NCBI GenBank assembly: GCA_040382135.1
Contig: JBEIGA010000001.1
Coordinates: 1-50,817, forward strand
DNA from: Acidimicrobiales bacterium
GTDB lineage: Bacteria > Actinomycetota > Acidimicrobiia > Acidimicrobiales > JBEIGA01
Length of the DNA stretch: 50,817 bases
Direction: 5' to 3'
The position numbers and the translations under genes are program-made. The first letter of the stretch is position 1. Every line of letters starts with the position of its first letter. Shown here in pieces: positions 9,763 through 18,301 of this stretch. The notes beneath the pieces were generated by a model that saw only the letters and a program-made list of their open reading frames with translations, was not told the origin of the DNA and made no database searches.

Positions 9763-10488
9763 GTGCGCTCCCTTGTGGTGCTCCCGACGTACAACGAGGC
9801 GGAGAACGTCCGGGAGGTCCTCACACGTCTCCGTGCCGCCGCCCCCGACACCGATGTGCTCGTGGTCGACGACGGCAGCCCCGACGGCACCGCCGACCTC
9901 GCCGAGGAGCTCGGCCGGGAGCTGGGCGGTGTCCAGGTCGAGCGCCGTGCCTGCAAGTCCGGGCTGGGCAGTGCCTATCGGCACGGGTTCCGGATCGGGA
10001 TGAGCCGCGGGTACGAGGCGCTCGTGGAGATGGACGCCGACCTGTCGCACGATCCCGGTGTGGTACCCACCCTGCTCGCCGGCGTCGCCGACGGCGCCGC
10101 TCTGGTCATCGGCAGCCGGTACGTCCCAGGGGGCACCATCCCGGACTGGAGCCTGCACCGACGGCTGCTGTCCCGCTGGGGCAACCGCTACTCCGGCCTG
10201 GTCCTGGGCTTCGGGGTGCGCGACGCCACGTCCGGGTTCCGCGCCTACTCGGCGGACGCCCTCGGCAAGCTCGACCTCGACCAGGTCCGGGCCGACGGCT
10301 ACGGCTTCCAGATCGAGATGGCCTACCGGGTCCATCGGATCGGCGGTCGGATCGACGAGACGCCCATCAGCTTCACCGACCGGGTGCGAGGCGAGTCCAA
10401 GATGTCGGGCCGCATCGTGGTCGAGGCGCTGGTCCTCGTCACCTGGTGGGCGATCCGCGACCGGCTCCTCCGACGCAGACGGTCCTGA
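9763..10488 (+). CDS. ppm1: polyprenol-phosphate mannosyltransferase (GT2, Ppm1/Dpm1-like)
   Basis: 241 aa. VVLPTYNEAENV, VVDDGSPDGT, EMDADLSHDP, SGFRAY: the classic GT2 dolichol/polyprenol-P-mannose synthase pattern. Confidence 0.85.
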   Translation: MRSLVVLPTYNEAENVREVLTRLRAAAPDTDVLVVDDGSPDGTADLAEELGRELGGVQVERRACKSGLGSAYRHGFRIGMSRGYEALVEMDADLSHDPGVVPTLLAGVADGAALVIGSRYVPGGTIPDWSLHRRLLSRWGNRYSGLVLGFGVRDATSGFRAYSADALGKLDLDQVRADGYGFQIEMAYRVHRIGGRIDETPISFTDRVRGESKMSGRIVVEALVLVTWWAIRDRLLRRRRS

Positions 10489-10530
10489 CGGCCCATCAAG
10501 CGCCGCCCGCGATCCGCCGATCCCTCGCGC

Positions 10531-11319
10531 ATGGCGACCGTGACCGACTCCACCCTTGTCCCGCCGTTGCGGCTGGGACGTCTGCTGCGGAGCCGGCGGG
10601 AGGCGGCCGGCCTGTCGCTCGGTGACCTCGCAGCCCAGTGTCCGGGGGTGTCGGTGGTGCTGCTGGAGGACATCGAGGCGGGCCGGGTCGACCTTTCCGA
10701 GGCCGAGCTCGCTCGTATCGCTCCGCTCTACGAGGTGGATCTCGCCCACGTGTTGCCGCAGCGGATGCAGCTCGTGATCGATCTCGACGCCGGACGGCTC
10801 TCGGTGACGGGCGCGGATGCGAGCGGCGTGCTGCTCCCGGGCGATGTGCTGCTCCCGGGCGATGTGCTGCTCCCGAGCGATGAGGCCGAACAGGTGCTGG
10901 TGCGCTACCTCGCGCTGCTCTACGCCCTGCGGGGGATGCCCGTCGGGACCCCGCTCCCGCTCCGGCGCCTCGACCTCGACGTCCTCGCCGACGCGCTCGC
11001 CCTGCGGACCGACGAGGTCCACGATCGGCTCCGTGACCTGATGTTCCGGTCGGACGATCGGGTGCAGCGGTCGGCGCAGGGGCTGCGTCGCCGCCTGGTG
11101 GTCCCGCTGGCGGGCATCCTCGTCGCCGTGACGGCGGCCGGTGCGCTGCTCTTCGTCGCCGAGGACGAGGTCACGCCTCTGGGCGGGACGCTCGAACCGA
11201 GCGCCGTCGTGACCGAGGACGATCCGCCCGCGGTGCCGGTGGTGGAGGTCGAGTTGGGCGACGCGGTCGTGGCGGAGCGGGATCCGGCCACGGGTGAGGT
11301 CGTCCAGCGCCCGCGCTGA
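10531..11319 (+). CDS. XRE-type helix-turn-helix protein with C-terminal TM segment
   Basis: 262 aa. LRLGRLLRSRREAAGLSLGDLAAQ... (HTH_XRE-like). A hydrophobic helix VVPLAGILVAVTAAGALLFV lies near the C-terminus. Contains an in-frame 18-bp x3 repeat. Confidence 0.6.
   Translation: MATVTDSTLVPPLRLGRLLRSRREAAGLSLGDLAAQCPGVSVVLLEDIEAGRVDLSEAELARIAPLYEVDLAHVLPQRMQLVIDLDAGRLSVTGADASGVLLPGDVLLPGDVLLPSDEAEQVLVRYLALLYALRGMPVGTPLPLRRLDLDVLADALALRTDEVHDRLRDLMFRSDDRVQRSAQGLRRRLVVPLAGILVAVTAAGALLFVAEDEVTPLGGTLEPSAVVTEDDPPAVPVVEVELGDAVVAERDPATGEVVQRPR
10828..10881. repeat. in-frame tandem repeat, 3 x 18 bp (GTGCTGCTCCCGGGCGAT), coding (VLLPGD)3
   Basis: Copies lie at 10828-10845, 10846-10863 and 10864-10881. 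The third has one substitution (GGC to AGC). Confidence 0.95.
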
Positions 11320-11343
11320 TCCTGCTGCTGCCAGAATGGGGGC

Positions 11344-11829
11344 GTGGTGCAGTGGTCGGTCGTCGGCGGGCTGGTGCAGGCGGGTCCCGACCTGCTCCTC
11401 GTCGCGAACCGCCGGCGTGACGGACGGATCGACTGGAGCCCGCCCGGAGGCGTGGTGGACCCGGGCGAGGTCGCGGTCGAGGCGCTGACCCGGGAGGTCG
11501 CCGAGGAGACCGGGCTGTTCGTGACCGAGTGGTCGGGCCCCGTCTACGACGTCGAGGTCGAGTTCGTCGACCTGGGCTGGCACCTGCGGGTGGCCTCGTT
11601 CCTCGCCGTGTCGTGGCAGGGCGAGATCGCCGTGGACGATCCCGACGGCATCGTCCAGGAGGCCCGGTTCCTGGCGGCTGCGGACTGCCGACCCCTGCTC
11701 GACACCAGTCCGGTGTGGGTCGCCGACGCCGTCCACGACTGGCTCGACGCACCCTGGACGGCGCCCCGCTCGTTCCGCTACGTGGCCCGGGGCATCCGCC
11801 AGTACGAGCTCGACGTCGAACGCCGGTGA
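11344..11829 (+). CDS. NUDIX hydrolase (MutT-like)
   Basis: 161 aa, GTG start. Perfect Nudix box GGVVDPGEVAVEALTREVAEETGL (Gx5Ex7REUxEExGU). Confidence 0.85.
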   Translation: MVQWSVVGGLVQAGPDLLLVANRRRDGRIDWSPPGGVVDPGEVAVEALTREVAEETGLFVTEWSGPVYDVEVEFVDLGWHLRVASFLAVSWQGEIAVDDPDGIVQEARFLAAADCRPLLDTSPVWVADAVHDWLDAPWTAPRSFRYVARGIRQYELDVERR

Positions 11830-13094
11830 CCCGGCACCCCGCCGCTGCCACGATCCTGCACGTCGACATGGACGCCTTCTTCGTGGCGTGCGAGCTGTTG
11901 CGACGCCCGGAGCTCCGCGGCCGTCCGGTGGTGGTGGGCGGTTCCTCCGACCGCGGCGTGGTCGCAGCGGCGAGCTACGAGGCCCGGGCCCACGGCGTGC
12001 ACTCGGCGATGGCCTCCAGCCGTGCCCGCCGGCTCTGTCCTGGTGCGGTGTTCCTGCCCGGTGACCACGCCTACTACTCGGCCGTCAGCGCCGACGTGAT
12101 GGCGGTGTTCCACGACGTGACACCGCTCGTGGAGCCGCTTTCGTTGGACGAGGCCTTCCTCGACGTCGCCGGAGCGACCCGGCTGCTCGGCGAGCCGGAG
12201 GCGATCGCCCACGGCGTGCGGGGCCGGGTGCGCGAGGAGCTGGGCCTCGGCTGTTCGGTCGGGGTCGCCCGGGTGAAGCTGCTCGCGAAGCTGGCGTCGG
12301 AGAGCGCGAAGCCGCGTGCGCACCTGCGGGGCCCGCAGCCGGGACCGGGCGTGGTCGTGGTCCGGCCCGAACGGGAGCTGGCCTTCCTGCACCCGCTGCC
12401 GGTGTCGCGGCTCTGGGGGGTCGGACCGAAGACCCTCGAGCGCCTGGGTCGCCTGGGGATCCGCACGGTGGGGGACCTCGCCGCTGTCGACCGGGACCGG
12501 CTGGTCGACCTGCTCGGCACCGGGCAGGGGAGCCACCTCCACGAGCTCGCGCACGCTCGGGACCCCCGTCCGGTCGTCCCCGGCCAACGCCCCAAGTCCG
12601 TCGGCCACGAGGAGACCTTCGCCCGCGACCTCGTCTCGCCGCAGGACCTGGGTGCGGAGCTGCTCCGCCTCGCCGACGCCGTCGGTGCCCGCCTCCGCCG
12701 CCATGCCCTCGCCGGGCGCACGGTCACGATCAAGGTCCGGTTCGGGGACTTCAGCACGATCACCCGCTCGGTCACGCTCGACGCGGCGACGGACAGCACG
12801 GCGGTCGTGACCCGGGCGGCGAGAGGGCTGCTCACCCGGATCGACCCGTCGCCGGGAGTGCGGCTGCTCGGGGTCTCGGTGAGCGGTTTCGACGCGGCCG
12901 ACACCCGGCAGCTCCGTCTCGACCTCGCCGGCGCCGACGTGGACGACCCGGCGTGGGAGGACGCCGAGGCGGCCGTGGACGCCATCCGCGCCCGGTTCGG
13001 CGACGCCGCGATCGGACCCGCCGCCGTGATCGGCCGCCGCGGCCGGAGGGCGTCACCACCCGGTGGCCGCCCCTGGGGTCCCGACGCGCCGTGA
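11826..13094 (+). CDS. dinB: DNA polymerase IV (Y-family translesion polymerase)
   Basis: In-frame GTG at 11826 overlaps the NUDIX TGA (GTGA). ILHVDMDAFFVACE, SYEARAHGV, SLDEAFLDV and the little-finger region are recognisable. The upstream part of ORF 11529.. overlaps the NUDIX gene. Confidence 0.9.
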   Translation: MTRHPAAATILHVDMDAFFVACELLRRPELRGRPVVVGGSSDRGVVAAASYEARAHGVHSAMASSRARRLCPGAVFLPGDHAYYSAVSADVMAVFHDVTPLVEPLSLDEAFLDVAGATRLLGEPEAIAHGVRGRVREELGLGCSVGVARVKLLAKLASESAKPRAHLRGPQPGPGVVVVRPERELAFLHPLPVSRLWGVGPKTLERLGRLGIRTVGDLAAVDRDRLVDLLGTGQGSHLHELAHARDPRPVVPGQRPKSVGHEETFARDLVSPQDLGAELLRLADAVGARLRRHALAGRTVTIKVRFGDFSTITRSVTLDAATDSTAVVTRAARGLLTRIDPSPGVRLLGVSVSGFDAADTRQLRLDLAGADVDDPAWEDAEAAVDAIRARFGDAAIGPAAVIGRRGRRASPPGGRPWGPDAP

Positions 13095-13274
13095 GTGACG
13101 ATCGCGGATCTACGGAACTGCTCCCCGGTGCGCGTTGTCTGCCCGCCGGGCGTGTGCGACACTTGATCGAACCGCCGGGGCGTTCGGGTGGCGGCCGGGA
13201 TCTCGTCCCGGATCCTCAAGCACGCTTCGTCGGTGCCGTTCAGGAACCACGGGCGCGCGAGCGGAGGTGAGAGC

Positions 13275-13652
13275 ATGCCGCTCTCCGAGGACGAACAGCG
13301 AATCCTCTCTGAGATCGAGCAGCGGTTGTACGAGAGCGACCCCGCACTCGTGCGGAGCGTCGGCTCGACCACCGTCTACACGCACTCCGTCCGTCAGCTC
13401 AAGTGGGCCACGGCCACCTTCATCCTCGGCGTGGCCATCATGGTGCTCACCCTGTCGACGTCCTTCCTGGCGGCGTTCGGCGGCTTCCTCGTCATGCTCG
13501 GCTCGGCGCTGTGGTTCGAGCGCAACGCCCGCAAGCTGGGCCGGGTCGGCATGCAGCAGGCGACGAGCCACATCCGGGGCGGCGGCATCCGCGACGCCTT
13601 CGGATCCACCGGCCAGCGCATGAAGGACCGCTTCAAGCGCGACGAGCCCTGA
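13275..13652 (+). CDS. DUF3040-family small membrane protein
   Basis: ATG at 13275 is preceded by GGAGGTGAGAGC. MPLSEDEQRILSEIEQRLYESDP is the characteristic DUF3040 N-terminus, followed by two TM helices. Confidence 0.75.
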   Translation: MPLSEDEQRILSEIEQRLYESDPALVRSVGSTTVYTHSVRQLKWATATFILGVAIMVLTLSTSFLAAFGGFLVMLGSALWFERNARKLGRVGMQQATSHIRGGGIRDAFGSTGQRMKDRFKRDEP

Positions 13653-13665
13653 GCTGCCCTTCGGA

Positions 13666-13686
13666 TCCCGGCTCGCCCGGCCGGGA
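13666..13686. terminator. 7-bp stem hairpin between convergent genes
   Basis: TCCCGGC (13666-13672) pairs with GCCGGGA (13680-13686) around a 7-nt loop. It lies in the 35-bp gap between the DUF3040 stop and the transglutaminase stop. Confidence 0.3.
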
Positions 13687-13687
13687 C

Positions 13688-15988
13688 CTACCTGCGGGCG
13701 TCCACCGGTTCCCGGTCGGCGCCCGCCGTCGCGTCCGGGGACGGCTTCCGGAGGAGGGGCCGGGGGTCCAGCTCGGCGACGACCCGTCCGACCAGCGTCG
13801 ACCGTGAGCGCACGTCCTCGCGGACCACGGCGGCGGCGGTCGCTGCTGCGGCCTCCTCGGAGGCATCGGGCAGCGACGGGGCGAAGGCGGCGCTGGTGAC
13901 GAGATCGGCGAGGGTCCGGAGCTCGGCGCCGCTCGCGAGGCGGGGTCCGACCCGGTCGGCGTGCTCGATGGGAGTCTCGGCGGGCGCACGGCCGAGGCCC
14001 GACCGACCGAGGTCGTCCAGGAGATCGGTCCACTGCAGGTGGATGCGACGGCGCGAATCGGTGGCGCGTCGACGTGCGGCGCGGCGTCGCGCCGCCTTGA
14101 GGACCGGGACCACGGCCAGGAACAGCGCGCCGAGCACCATGATCGCGACCGCCGCGGTGACCCATCGGTCGCCCGGGTCGTCGTCGGTCGCCGTGCCGCC
14201 GCCGAGTCCCGGGGGGAGGTCGCCGAGATCGTCCGCTCCCGGGACGAGGGTGTCGGTGGGCGGGGCCGGCGAGGGCGAGGGCACGGTGGAGGGGACCGGG
14301 ACGGGAACCGCCGTCGCGCCGTCGCCGGCTGCGGCCTGGCTCGGCTCCACCCCCGTGTAGGCGGTGTCGCCGGGGGCGCCCCGCCCCGGTGTCGGTTCGA
14401 AGCGGAGCCAGCCGACCCCGGCGATCCACACCTCCGGCCAGGCGTGGGCGTGCTCCCCGCGCACCACGAACGTGTCGCCCTGCCGCTCGCCCGGGGTGAA
14501 GCCGACGGCCACGCGGGCGGGGAGGCCGATGCTGCGGGCCATGGCGGCGTAGGTCCCGGCGAACTGCTCGCAGTAGCCGCGTCGGAGCTCGAGGAAGTCG
14601 GCGATGCTGTCGATCGAGTGGCCGGCGGCGACCTGCAGGTCGTAGGTGAAGTTCGCCCGGAACCAGTCCTGCAACGCTCGGGCCCGGCCGGCCGGGGTCG
14701 CCTCGCCGGCGGTGATCCCGGCGGTGAGCGCGGCGATCGCAGGATCGAATTCCGCCGGGAGGGCGAGGTAGCGGTCGGCGATCGAGCTGGGGATCGGACC
14801 GTCGGCTGCAGCGACGGCTGCCCCGTCCCGGACCGGCACTCGCGACACGAGCGAGTACGTGAGTCCGTCGGCGTCGGTGACGTCGCGGCCCACCACGAGC
14901 GTCCCCGAAGCCGCCTCGTAGACCGGATCGGTGCCGCCGGGGGCGGTGACCGCAGCGGGCTCGAAGGCGGCGGGGAGCCAGAAGTCGCCGAGTGCCCGGA
15001 TCGTGAACGTCTGGTCGAGGGTGCGGACCGCGGATCCCTCGGGGAGCGTCGAGGGCAGCGTCCCTCCGGCGTCGCCGAAGGAACCGCTCGACTCCCACAC
15101 GAGGCCGTCGAACCGGTCGAGCGAGGTGAGCCTCCAGTAGTCGGCCTCGGCGGCGTCGACGGTGAACACCACCGTGCTCGGCTGCTCGACGAGGCTGGCA
15201 CGGATGTCCACCAGGGGGCTCACGGTGACGCGGGCGCTGTCTCGGTCGTCGAGGTCCCGCCAGGCGATGACGGGCGCAGCATCGGCGCCGGGGAGGGCGG
15301 AGCCCCACAGCGCGATGCCGCCGACCGCCAGTGCCCCGATCACCGCGCCGCCACGCAGCAGGGCGGCCGACGCCCGCGGCCCGGACCCGAGCCAGGTCGT
15401 GGCCACTGCGCCGGAGCGGGTGCGGTGCACCAGGAGGACGAGCAGGATCGCCGCGAGCTCGATCCCGGCGGTCACCTCCCGGTGGTGGTCCTTCGCGAAG
15501 ACGGTGCCGAACGCGAACACGATGGCGCTCGGCAGCAGCGTCTCGAGCGCGGCCTGGAGGCGGAAGGCCGCCCAGTCGGCGAGGAAGGCGGCGAACCACA
15601 GGGCCGTCGCGGCCACGACGAGGTAGCCGTCGAGCACCGGCGCGGGCGGGCCGACCTCGTCGAACACCGTCCAGGCGGTCTCGAGGTCGGCCAACACGGC
15701 GTCACGCGTGACCGCGCCGGGGATGCCGAAGGTGAGCGTCTCGGGGTAGAGGACGATCCCGAGCACGACGACGAGCCCCGCGGCGGAGAGGAGCCCCGAC
15801 CACAGCAGGCCGAGACCGGCGCGTCGGGCGAGGGCGGCGAGGACGTGGGCGGCGATGGTCGGGAGGGCCAGCTGCCAGAAGAACACCCCGTCGTCGAACA
15901 GTCGGGCGAACCCGGCCACTGCGGCGAGCGAGAGCAGGGTGATCGAGATCTCGAGGGCGAGGTCGAGCCCGGCCCGGTTCCGGCTCAC
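13688..15988 (-). CDS. transglutaminase-domain membrane protein (TgpA-like)
   Basis: 766 aa. N-terminal polytopic region, then the transglutaminase core RRGYCEQFAGTYAAMARSIGLPARVAVGF...HAHAWPEVW...RFEPT, and a C-terminal TM segment. Last gene of the MoxR-DUF58-TGase trio. Confidence 0.85.
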   Translation of the reverse strand: MSRNRAGLDLALEISITLLSLAAVAGFARLFDDGVFFWQLALPTIAAHVLAALARRAGLGLLWSGLLSAAGLVVVLGIVLYPETLTFGIPGAVTRDAVLADLETAWTVFDEVGPPAPVLDGYLVVAATALWFAAFLADWAAFRLQAALETLLPSAIVFAFGTVFAKDHHREVTAGIELAAILLVLLVHRTRSGAVATTWLGSGPRASAALLRGGAVIGALAVGGIALWGSALPGADAAPVIAWRDLDDRDSARVTVSPLVDIRASLVEQPSTVVFTVDAAEADYWRLTSLDRFDGLVWESSGSFGDAGGTLPSTLPEGSAVRTLDQTFTIRALGDFWLPAAFEPAAVTAPGGTDPVYEAASGTLVVGRDVTDADGLTYSLVSRVPVRDGAAVAAADGPIPSSIADRYLALPAEFDPAIAALTAGITAGEATPAGRARALQDWFRANFTYDLQVAAGHSIDSIADFLELRRGYCEQFAGTYAAMARSIGLPARVAVGFTPGERQGDTFVVRGEHAHAWPEVWIAGVGWLRFEPTPGRGAPGDTAYTGVEPSQAAAGDGATAVPVPVPSTVPSPSPAPPTDTLVPGADDLGDLPPGLGGGTATDDDPGDRWVTAAVAIMVLGALFLAVVPVLKAARRRAARRRATDSRRRIHLQWTDLLDDLGRSGLGRAPAETPIEHADRVGPRLASGAELRTLADLVTSAAFAPSLPDASEEAAAATAAAVVREDVRSRSTLVGRVVAELDPRPLLRKPSPDATAGADREPVDARR

Positions 15989-17184
15989 CGCCGCACTCCG
16001 GTGGGCGCCGTCGTCCGGTCGTTGAACGCGGCCGTCCAGGCGGCGGCGAACGGGAGCTCACCCGTCACGACCACCTGTCGGGGGTTGGGCAGGACCGCCG
16101 GCGGGATCGCCTCCGGATCCCAGGCGGAGGGATCGATCTCGACCGATGTCAGGGTGGTGACCACGGGTCGGAGACGGTCGAGGGCCCGGCGGGCGAGCTC
16201 GTCGAGGGGACCGGTGACGGTCACCACCGCGCACTCGCCGGCCTCGGCCAGGACCTGTTCGATCGCCCGCAGGAACGTGGCACCGCGGCGAGGCTGGACG
16301 ACGGCCAGGTACTCGAGGACGGCGTCGAGCCGGGCGGCCTCGCGGAGGTAGCCCGAGTCGGTGCCGTCGCCGGTGACGAGCCGGACGAGGTCGCCCCGGC
16401 GCCGGTTCGCGCTGAGCACGCTCGCCGCCACCGACACCGCCTCGTCGAGCGCCTCGGGGTGCATCGTTGCGGCGTCGACGTCGAGGACGACGGTGAGGCG
16501 GCCCTGTCGGGGATGCCGGTCCTGGCGCACCATGAGCTGGTCGTGCCGTGCGGTGGACGGCCAGTGCACCCTGCGGAGGTCGTCGCCCACCACGTAGGGG
16601 CGGAGCGCGTGGAAGTCGTCGCCCCGGTCCGCGTGGCTCGCGCCCCGGTCGGCGCCGGCGAGGGTCCGGGTGCCGAGCGTCCGGCGGTGCGGGGCGATGG
16701 CGTCGATCCTGGGGTACACGACCAGGCGGGCGACACCGACGGCGGGGAAGGAGCGCCGGCTCATCCCGAACGGGTCGCGGGCGGTGAGGGTCAGCGGACC
16801 GACCTCGACGACGCCCCGCCGGGCCGTGGGGAGCTGGTACGTGGCGAGGGTCCGCTCGCCGCCACGGAGCGGCGCGACCTGCAGGCGGGCGCCGCGCGTA
16901 CCCGTGACCGGGTCGGTGAGCTCCAGGACCGGGCTCCGCCCGCCGTCGAGCGCGCTGATCTCCAGATCGACCTGTGCGGGCTGGCCGGCGTCGACCCGCG
17001 CCGGCACCACGGTCCGCCGGACCTCGACCCGAACCCGGCGGACCCGGACCCACACGAGCGAGACCAGGACCACGGCGAGCAGGCCGGCGCCGATCAGGAG
17101 CAGCTCGAGGAAGCCGAAGACCCGGCCGGTGAGCGCGAGCAGGCAGGCGACGACCGTGGTGACGACACCGGTCCGGGTCAGCAC
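15985..17184 (-). CDS. DUF58-family protein (vWA-like, MoxR partner)
   Basis: 399 aa. Two N-terminal TM helices, the motif DFHALRPYVVGDDLRRVHW typical of DUF58, and a 4-nt overlap with the transglutaminase gene. Confidence 0.8.
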   Translation of the reverse strand: MLTRTGVVTTVVACLLALTGRVFGFLELLLIGAGLLAVVLVSLVWVRVRRVRVEVRRTVVPARVDAGQPAQVDLEISALDGGRSPVLELTDPVTGTRGARLQVAPLRGGERTLATYQLPTARRGVVEVGPLTLTARDPFGMSRRSFPAVGVARLVVYPRIDAIAPHRRTLGTRTLAGADRGASHADRGDDFHALRPYVVGDDLRRVHWPSTARHDQLMVRQDRHPRQGRLTVVLDVDAATMHPEALDEAVSVAASVLSANRRRGDLVRLVTGDGTDSGYLREAARLDAVLEYLAVVQPRRGATFLRAIEQVLAEAGECAVVTVTGPLDELARRALDRLRPVVTTLTSVEIDPSAWDPEAIPPAVLPNPRQVVVTGELPFAAAWTAAFNDRTTAPTGVRR

Positions 17185-17203
17185 GTCGGCCGGCCCGCCC
17201 GGT

Positions 17204-18235
17204 TCAGCCCGCCGCCGACGGCGCAGGGACGCTGCGGACGAGGTCGTCGAGGACCTGTTCGGGGGTGATCCCCTGCAGCTGCGCCTCCGGCGTGACGATC
17301 AGGCGGTGGGCCAGGACCGGACGGGCGAGGGCCTTCACGTCGTCGGGGGTGGCGTAGCCGCGGCCGTGCGACGCAGCGAGGACGCGGGTGGCCCGTTGGA
17401 GGGCGACGGTGGCGCGGGTGGAGACGCCGGCACGCAGCGCCGGGTGGCGCCGGGTGGCGTCGGCGAGGTCGACCAGGTAGCCGCGCAGCGGTGCGGCCAG
17501 GTGCACGCCGGTGGCGGCGGCCGCCATGCCCGAGAGGTCCGCGCGGCTCACGACGGGACCGAGCGCGTCGACCGGCTCCTCGCTCGAGCCGTGGGTCTCG
17601 AGGATCTCGAGCTCTGCCGCCCGGTCGGGGTAGCCGATGGAGAGCCGCATCAGGAAGCGGTCGAGCTGGCTCTCCGGGAGCGGGTAGGTGCCCTCGTGGT
17701 CGATGGGGTTCTGGGTGGCCAGCACCATGAACGGCGAGCCCAGGCGGTGCGTGGTCCCGTCGACGGTGACCTGGTGCTCCGCCATGGCCTCGAGGAGGGC
17801 CGACTGGGTCTTGGGGGAGGCCCGGTTGATCTCGTCCCCGAGCACGATGTTGCTGAACACCGGGCCGGGCCGGAAGTCGAAGCCGCCGGTGGTGCGGTTC
17901 CAGATCGAGAGGCCGACGACGTCGGCGGGCAGCAGGTCCGGGGTGAACTGGATGCGCCCGAACGAGCAGTCGACCGAGGAGGCCAGCGCCTTCGCCAGGG
18001 TGGTCTTGCCGACGCCGGGCGTGTCCTCCACGAGGAGGTGGCCGTCGGCGACGAGGCAGACGACGGCCAGGCGCACGACGTCGGGCTTGCCCCGCACCAC
18101 GGCCTCGACGTTGTCGGTGATCCGGTGGAAGAGCTCGGCGAACGACACCGGTCGAACCGGCTCGCGGCCTGCGGGGGCTTCGGAGGGACCCACCGTCCGG
18201 AGGGCCGCATCATCGTGCGCGGTCACGGGCCCCAC
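17204..18235 (-). CDS. MoxR-family AAA+ ATPase
   Basis: 343 aa. Walker A EDTPGVGKTTLAKAL, Walker B VLGDEINRASPKTQSALLEAM, TQNPIDHEGTYPLPESQLDRF. Confidence 0.9.
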   Translation of the reverse strand: MGPVTAHDDAALRTVGPSEAPAGREPVRPVSFAELFHRITDNVEAVVRGKPDVVRLAVVCLVADGHLLVEDTPGVGKTTLAKALASSVDCSFGRIQFTPDLLPADVVGLSIWNRTTGGFDFRPGPVFSNIVLGDEINRASPKTQSALLEAMAEHQVTVDGTTHRLGSPFMVLATQNPIDHEGTYPLPESQLDRFLMRLSIGYPDRAAELEILETHGSSEEPVDALGPVVSRADLSGMAAAATGVHLAAPLRGYLVDLADATRRHPALRAGVSTRATVALQRATRVLAASHGRGYATPDDVKALARPVLAHRLIVTPEAQLQGITPEQVLDDLVRSVPAPSAAG

Positions 18236-18301
18236 TGTACGGAAGGCGCGGGGTGCGCGGACCCGCGGGTCGGGGCACTTCGTCGTCGGCCGCTAGGGTC
18301 G

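Noticed and set aside
5101-10003. Long ORFs 5101..6711(-), 5442..7913(+), 6869..10003(+) and 7488..8384(-)
   Set aside because: All overlap well-supported genes (pfkA, lipoprotein, mtrB, mtrA, IMPase) in other frames or antisense. They translate to Arg/Pro/Gly/Ala-rich strings typical of off-frame reading of GC-rich DNA.
13168-13186. CGAACCGCC-GG-GGCGTTCG inverted repeat containing TCGAAC/GTTCG half-sites like the actinobacterial LexA box
   Set aside because: The half-site spacing is 9 nt rather than the canonical TCGAAC-N4-GTTCGA. It lies downstream of dinB rather than upstream of the operon. It is more likely a post-dinB hairpin, and I did not call it as an SOS box.
13110-16351. ORFs 13110..15599(-), 13633..15201(-) and 13961..16351(+), 500-830 aa
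   Set aside because: These are alternative frames or antisense of the transglutaminase gene. Only the 13688..15988 frame shows TM helices and the transglutaminase core.
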